Of a DNA stretch of 64,000 nucleotides, positions 60,621-64,000 are shown piece after piece (the first letter of the stretch is position 1; each line of letters begins with the position of its first letter). Both the position numbers and the translations under genes were made by a program. The stretch comes from Pristiophorus japonicus (lineage: Eukaryota): assembly GCF_044704955.1 (NCBI RefSeq), contig NC_091977.1:333312001-333376000 (forward strand), written 5' to 3'. The notes beneath the pieces are model-generated. The model saw only the letters and a list, made by a program, of their open reading frames with translations, had not been told where the DNA came from and did no database searches.

Positions 60621-61019
60621 GGAACACGTGTGTTTAGGTTCAGGGGTGTTGTAAGCAACACAAGGAGATCTTTAAAATTATTCTATTAAATATTCTACAG
60701 AATGACAAACGGTTACTGTATGCTTTAACTGTTCAGAGCAGTGCTCACTACTTCCGGTGCTCAAACAGCTTTCAGATTAACAGACTTCCTGCAGTTGACA
60801 AAACAGGATATTTACTTGTAATTTAATCAGAATCTTAAATCTCTAGCTTTTAGCCTAGTAACTGGGGTGCATCAGCGAGTAAACTGGTGATATCCTGGTC
60901 ATCTTTGTTCTGTTCAGTTACCTCCAGAATTGTCATCTTTCTCACCTTCAAACCAAGTACAGTAGTCCAGTTCTCCTTTACTACCTCCTACTCTTCACTT
61001 TTCATTCATATTGGGAATG

Positions 61020-61415
61020 GTAGCATGCTGCTTATGTTACTGGACTAGTAATCCAGAGGCCAGGACTAATGATCCAGAAACATGAGTTGAAATCCCACCA
61101 CTAGTATCAGTAATGGTGACCATGAAACTACTGGATTGATGTAAACCCCTTTTTGGTTCACTACTGTCCTTTAGTGAAGGAAGCCTGCCGTTCTTACCTG
61201 GTCTGGCCTATATGTGACTTCAGACCCACAGCAATGTGGTTGACTCTTAACTGCCCTCTGAAATGGCCTAGCAAGCCACTTAGTTGTACCAAATCGCTAC
61301 AAAAAGAACGGCAGTTCAGGAAGGTGGTTCACCACCACCTTCACAAGGGCAATTAGAGATGGGCAATAAATGCTGGCCTTGCTGACGATGCCCACATCCC
61401 ATGAATTAATAAAAA
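61020..61415 (+). mobile_element. SINE family 2
   Basis: Homologous to 44580-44970 including the tail. Confidence 0.7.
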
Positions 61416-61689
61416 CTCTCTCTTAAAAAACTGAAAATACAGGTAGACGTGGTGAAAAATTAAAAGACAAAGTATTAGTAGAACAATATTGAGAAATAGA
61501 ATCAGCCCAAACAGCACCAACTGACCTAAAGACAAGAAGTAGAAAAAACCAAAATTAAAGTGTGAGATCACAGGAAAGAAGGGAAGTGATTGGTTGACGA
61601 GTTTTTCTATCTTTTCTGGGGCATTGATTTGAATTAAGAGCTGGGATTGAAAACAAAACTTGAAAACTTAATTAATTAAATACATTAGA

Positions 61690-62960
61690 GATGGCAGGAC
61701 AGGCAATGTGTTTCTGCAGCTGCATGTGGGAGTTGGTTGACCCCATGGAGGTCCACAGCAACCACATCAGCAGCAAGTGTCTGCAGCTCGAGGAACTTTG
61801 GCTCCACGTTGATGAGCTGGAGTCCGAGTTGCAGCCACTACAACACATCAGGGAGGGGGAGAGTTACCTGGACGCTGTGTTCCAGGAGGCAGTCACACCC
61901 CTTAGATTAATTCATTCAAATTTGGTATGGGGCCCAGGAGATAGTGATGGAGGAGCCTCAGCTTTCGCTCTTGTCCAACACGTTTGAGGCGCTTACTCCC
62001 AGTGTGGACAAGAGCAGGGACTGCAGAGAGGATGAGCAAACTGACCACAGCACCGAGGCACAGGGGCCATTCAAGTGGGGGGAGTAAAAAGAAATGTTGT
62101 AGTGGTAGGGGACAGTATCATTAGGGGGATAGAGAAGGTTCTCTGCAGGCGAGAGCATGAGTCCAGACGACTGTGTTGCCTGCCCGGTGTCAGGGTTAAG
62201 GACATCTCTGCTGGGCTGGAGAGGAACTTGGAGTAGGAGGGGAAAGATCCAGTTGTCATGGTCCATGTAGGTACCAATGACATAGGTAGGACAAATAAAG
62301 AGGTTCTGCTGAGGGAGTAGGAGCAGCTAGGGGCCAAATTAAAAAGCAGAACCACAAAGGTAATAATCTCTGAATTACTACTGAGCCACGAGCAAATTTG
62401 CATAGGGTAAATATGATCAGAGAGTTAAACACGTGGTTCAAAGAGTGGTGTAGGAGAAATGGGTTTTGGTTCATGGGACACTGGCACCAGTACTGGGTAA
62501 GAAGGAGCTGTTCCCTTGTGATGGACTCCGCTTAGATCATGCTGGGACTAGGGTCAAATAACTAGGGCTGTAGAGAGGGCTTTAAACTAAATAGTGGGTG
62601 GGGGGGGGGGGTTCAGCTGAGCAAAAATTTAAAAAGTCAAAGAATAAGAAGAAGGCAATAGAGCAGGGTAGCACTGGGGAAAATGAAAACCAGAGCATGA
62701 TAGGAAGGGACAGAATGCATAAACATAAAAGTGAATCAGAAAGTGGGGTCAAAGCGGGAAAAAAGGGTAAAAAATCAAATTTAAAAGCTCTTTATCTGAA
62801 TGCACACAGCATTCAATAATAAAATAGATGAGTTGACCGCACAAATAGATATGATCTGATAGCCATTACAGAGACATGAATGCAAGACAAAATGAAAAAA
62901 GGTGGGGTAGCTCTGTTAATAAAGGATGAGATCAGTGTGTTAGTGAGAATCACAGAGACA
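61690..62960 (+). mobile_element. CR1 5' region (ORF1 Cys-rich/esterase and start of APE), decayed
   Basis: CSCMWE..H..SKC, VVVGDSII, VHVGTNDI, LYLNAHSI motifs. Confidence 0.75.
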
Positions 62961-62966
62961 TGGACC

Positions 62967-63479
62967 ATAGAAACATAGAAACATAGAAAATAGGTGCAGG
63001 AGTAGGCCATTCGGCCATTCTAGCCTGCACCGCCATTCAATGAGTTCATGGCTGAACATTCAACTTCAGTACCCCATTCCTGCTTTCTCGCCATACCCCT
63101 TGATCCCCCTAGTAGTAAGGACCTCATCTAACTCCTTTTTGAATATATTTAGTGAATTGGCCTCAACAACTTTCTGTGGTAGAGAATTCCACAGGTTCAC
63201 CACTCTCTGGGTGAAGAAGTTCCTCCGCATCTCGGTCCTAAATGGCTTACCCCTTATCCTTAGACTGTGACCTCTGGTTCTGGACTTCCCCAACATTGGG
63301 AACATTCTTCCTGCATCTAACCTGTCTAACCCCGTCACAATTTTAAATGTTTCTATGAGGTCCCCTCTCATTCTTCTGAACTCCAGTGAATACAAGCCCA
63401 GTTGATCCAGTCTTTCTTGATAGGTCAGTCCCGCCATCCCGGGAATCAGTCTGGTGAACCTTCGCTGCACTCCCTCAAT
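62967..63479 (-). mobile_element. CR1 3' fragment
   Basis: IEGVQRRFTRLIPG...GMGY* and CATAGAAA tail. Confidence 0.85.
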
Positions 63480-64000
63480 ATACAGTCGACACCTCAAATC
63501 GCTGGAGAAATACCACCAACGATGTCTCCACAAGATCCTGCAAATCCCTTGGGAGGACAGACGCACCAACGTTAGCTTCCTCGATCAGGCCAACATCCCC
63601 AGCATCGAAGCACTGACCACACTCAACCAGCTCTGTTGGGTGGGCCACATTGTTCGCATGCCTGACACAAGACTCCCAAAGCAAGTGCTCTACTCGGAAC
63701 TCCTACACAGCAAGCGAGCCAAAGGTGGGCAGATGAAATGTTACAAGGATACCCTCAAAGCCTCCTTGATAAAATGCAACATCCCCACCAATACCTGGGA
63801 GTCCTTGGCCAAAGACCGCCCTAAGTGGAGGAAGTGCATCCAGGAGGGCGCTGAGCACCTCGAGTCTCGTCGCCTAGAGCATGCAGAAAACAAGCGCAGG
63901 CAGCGGAAGGAGCATGCGGCAAACCAGTCCCACCCATCCTTTCCTTCAATGACTCTCTGTCCCACCTGTGACAGAGACTGTAATTCCCGTATTGAACTAT
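63480..64000 (+). mobile_element. RTE LINE 3' fragment, runs off the window
   Basis: HLKSLEKYHQRCL and CPTCDRDC motifs. Confidence 0.85.

Noticed and set aside
56920-64000. Exons of a neighbouring host gene such as STARD3NL
   Set aside because: No recognisable coding exon in the ORF track or by eye.

Overview
Repeat-rich vertebrate DNA, most consistent with a cartilaginous fish (shark/ray; inferred from the repeat families and gene style, species not determinable here). The window holds the 3' part of a T-cell receptor gamma (TRG) locus on the + strand. It has two divergent V genes (leader exon + V exon + 23-spacer RSS) at 5249-5711 and 23452-24049. A 2.1-kb J cluster (47472-49569) holds four canonical J segments, one non-canonical J (FGAW) and at least four pseudo-J relics, on 12-spacer RSS where these survive. 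A single three-exon C gene follows: Ig C1 domain 51779-52099, Cys hinge 53322-53405, and a TM/cytoplasmic exon with the YTLLLMKSVVY motif at 55518-55651. No D segment was found. Most other sequence is transposon debris: two Gypsy LTR elements, many CR1, RTE and L2 LINEs (often nested), two SINE families, MITEs and minisatellites. There is one 145-N gap in the J-C intron. Notable oddities: a CR1 inserted inside a J-RSS nonamer, a 1.2-kb five-fragment templated insertion, an AGCT-rich switch-like minisatellite, possible read-through tailpieces on C exons, a GC-rich element duplicated on both sides of C, a candidate 3' enhancer, and a hammerhead-ribozyme-like motif. All calls were made by eye; repeat boundaries are approximate.
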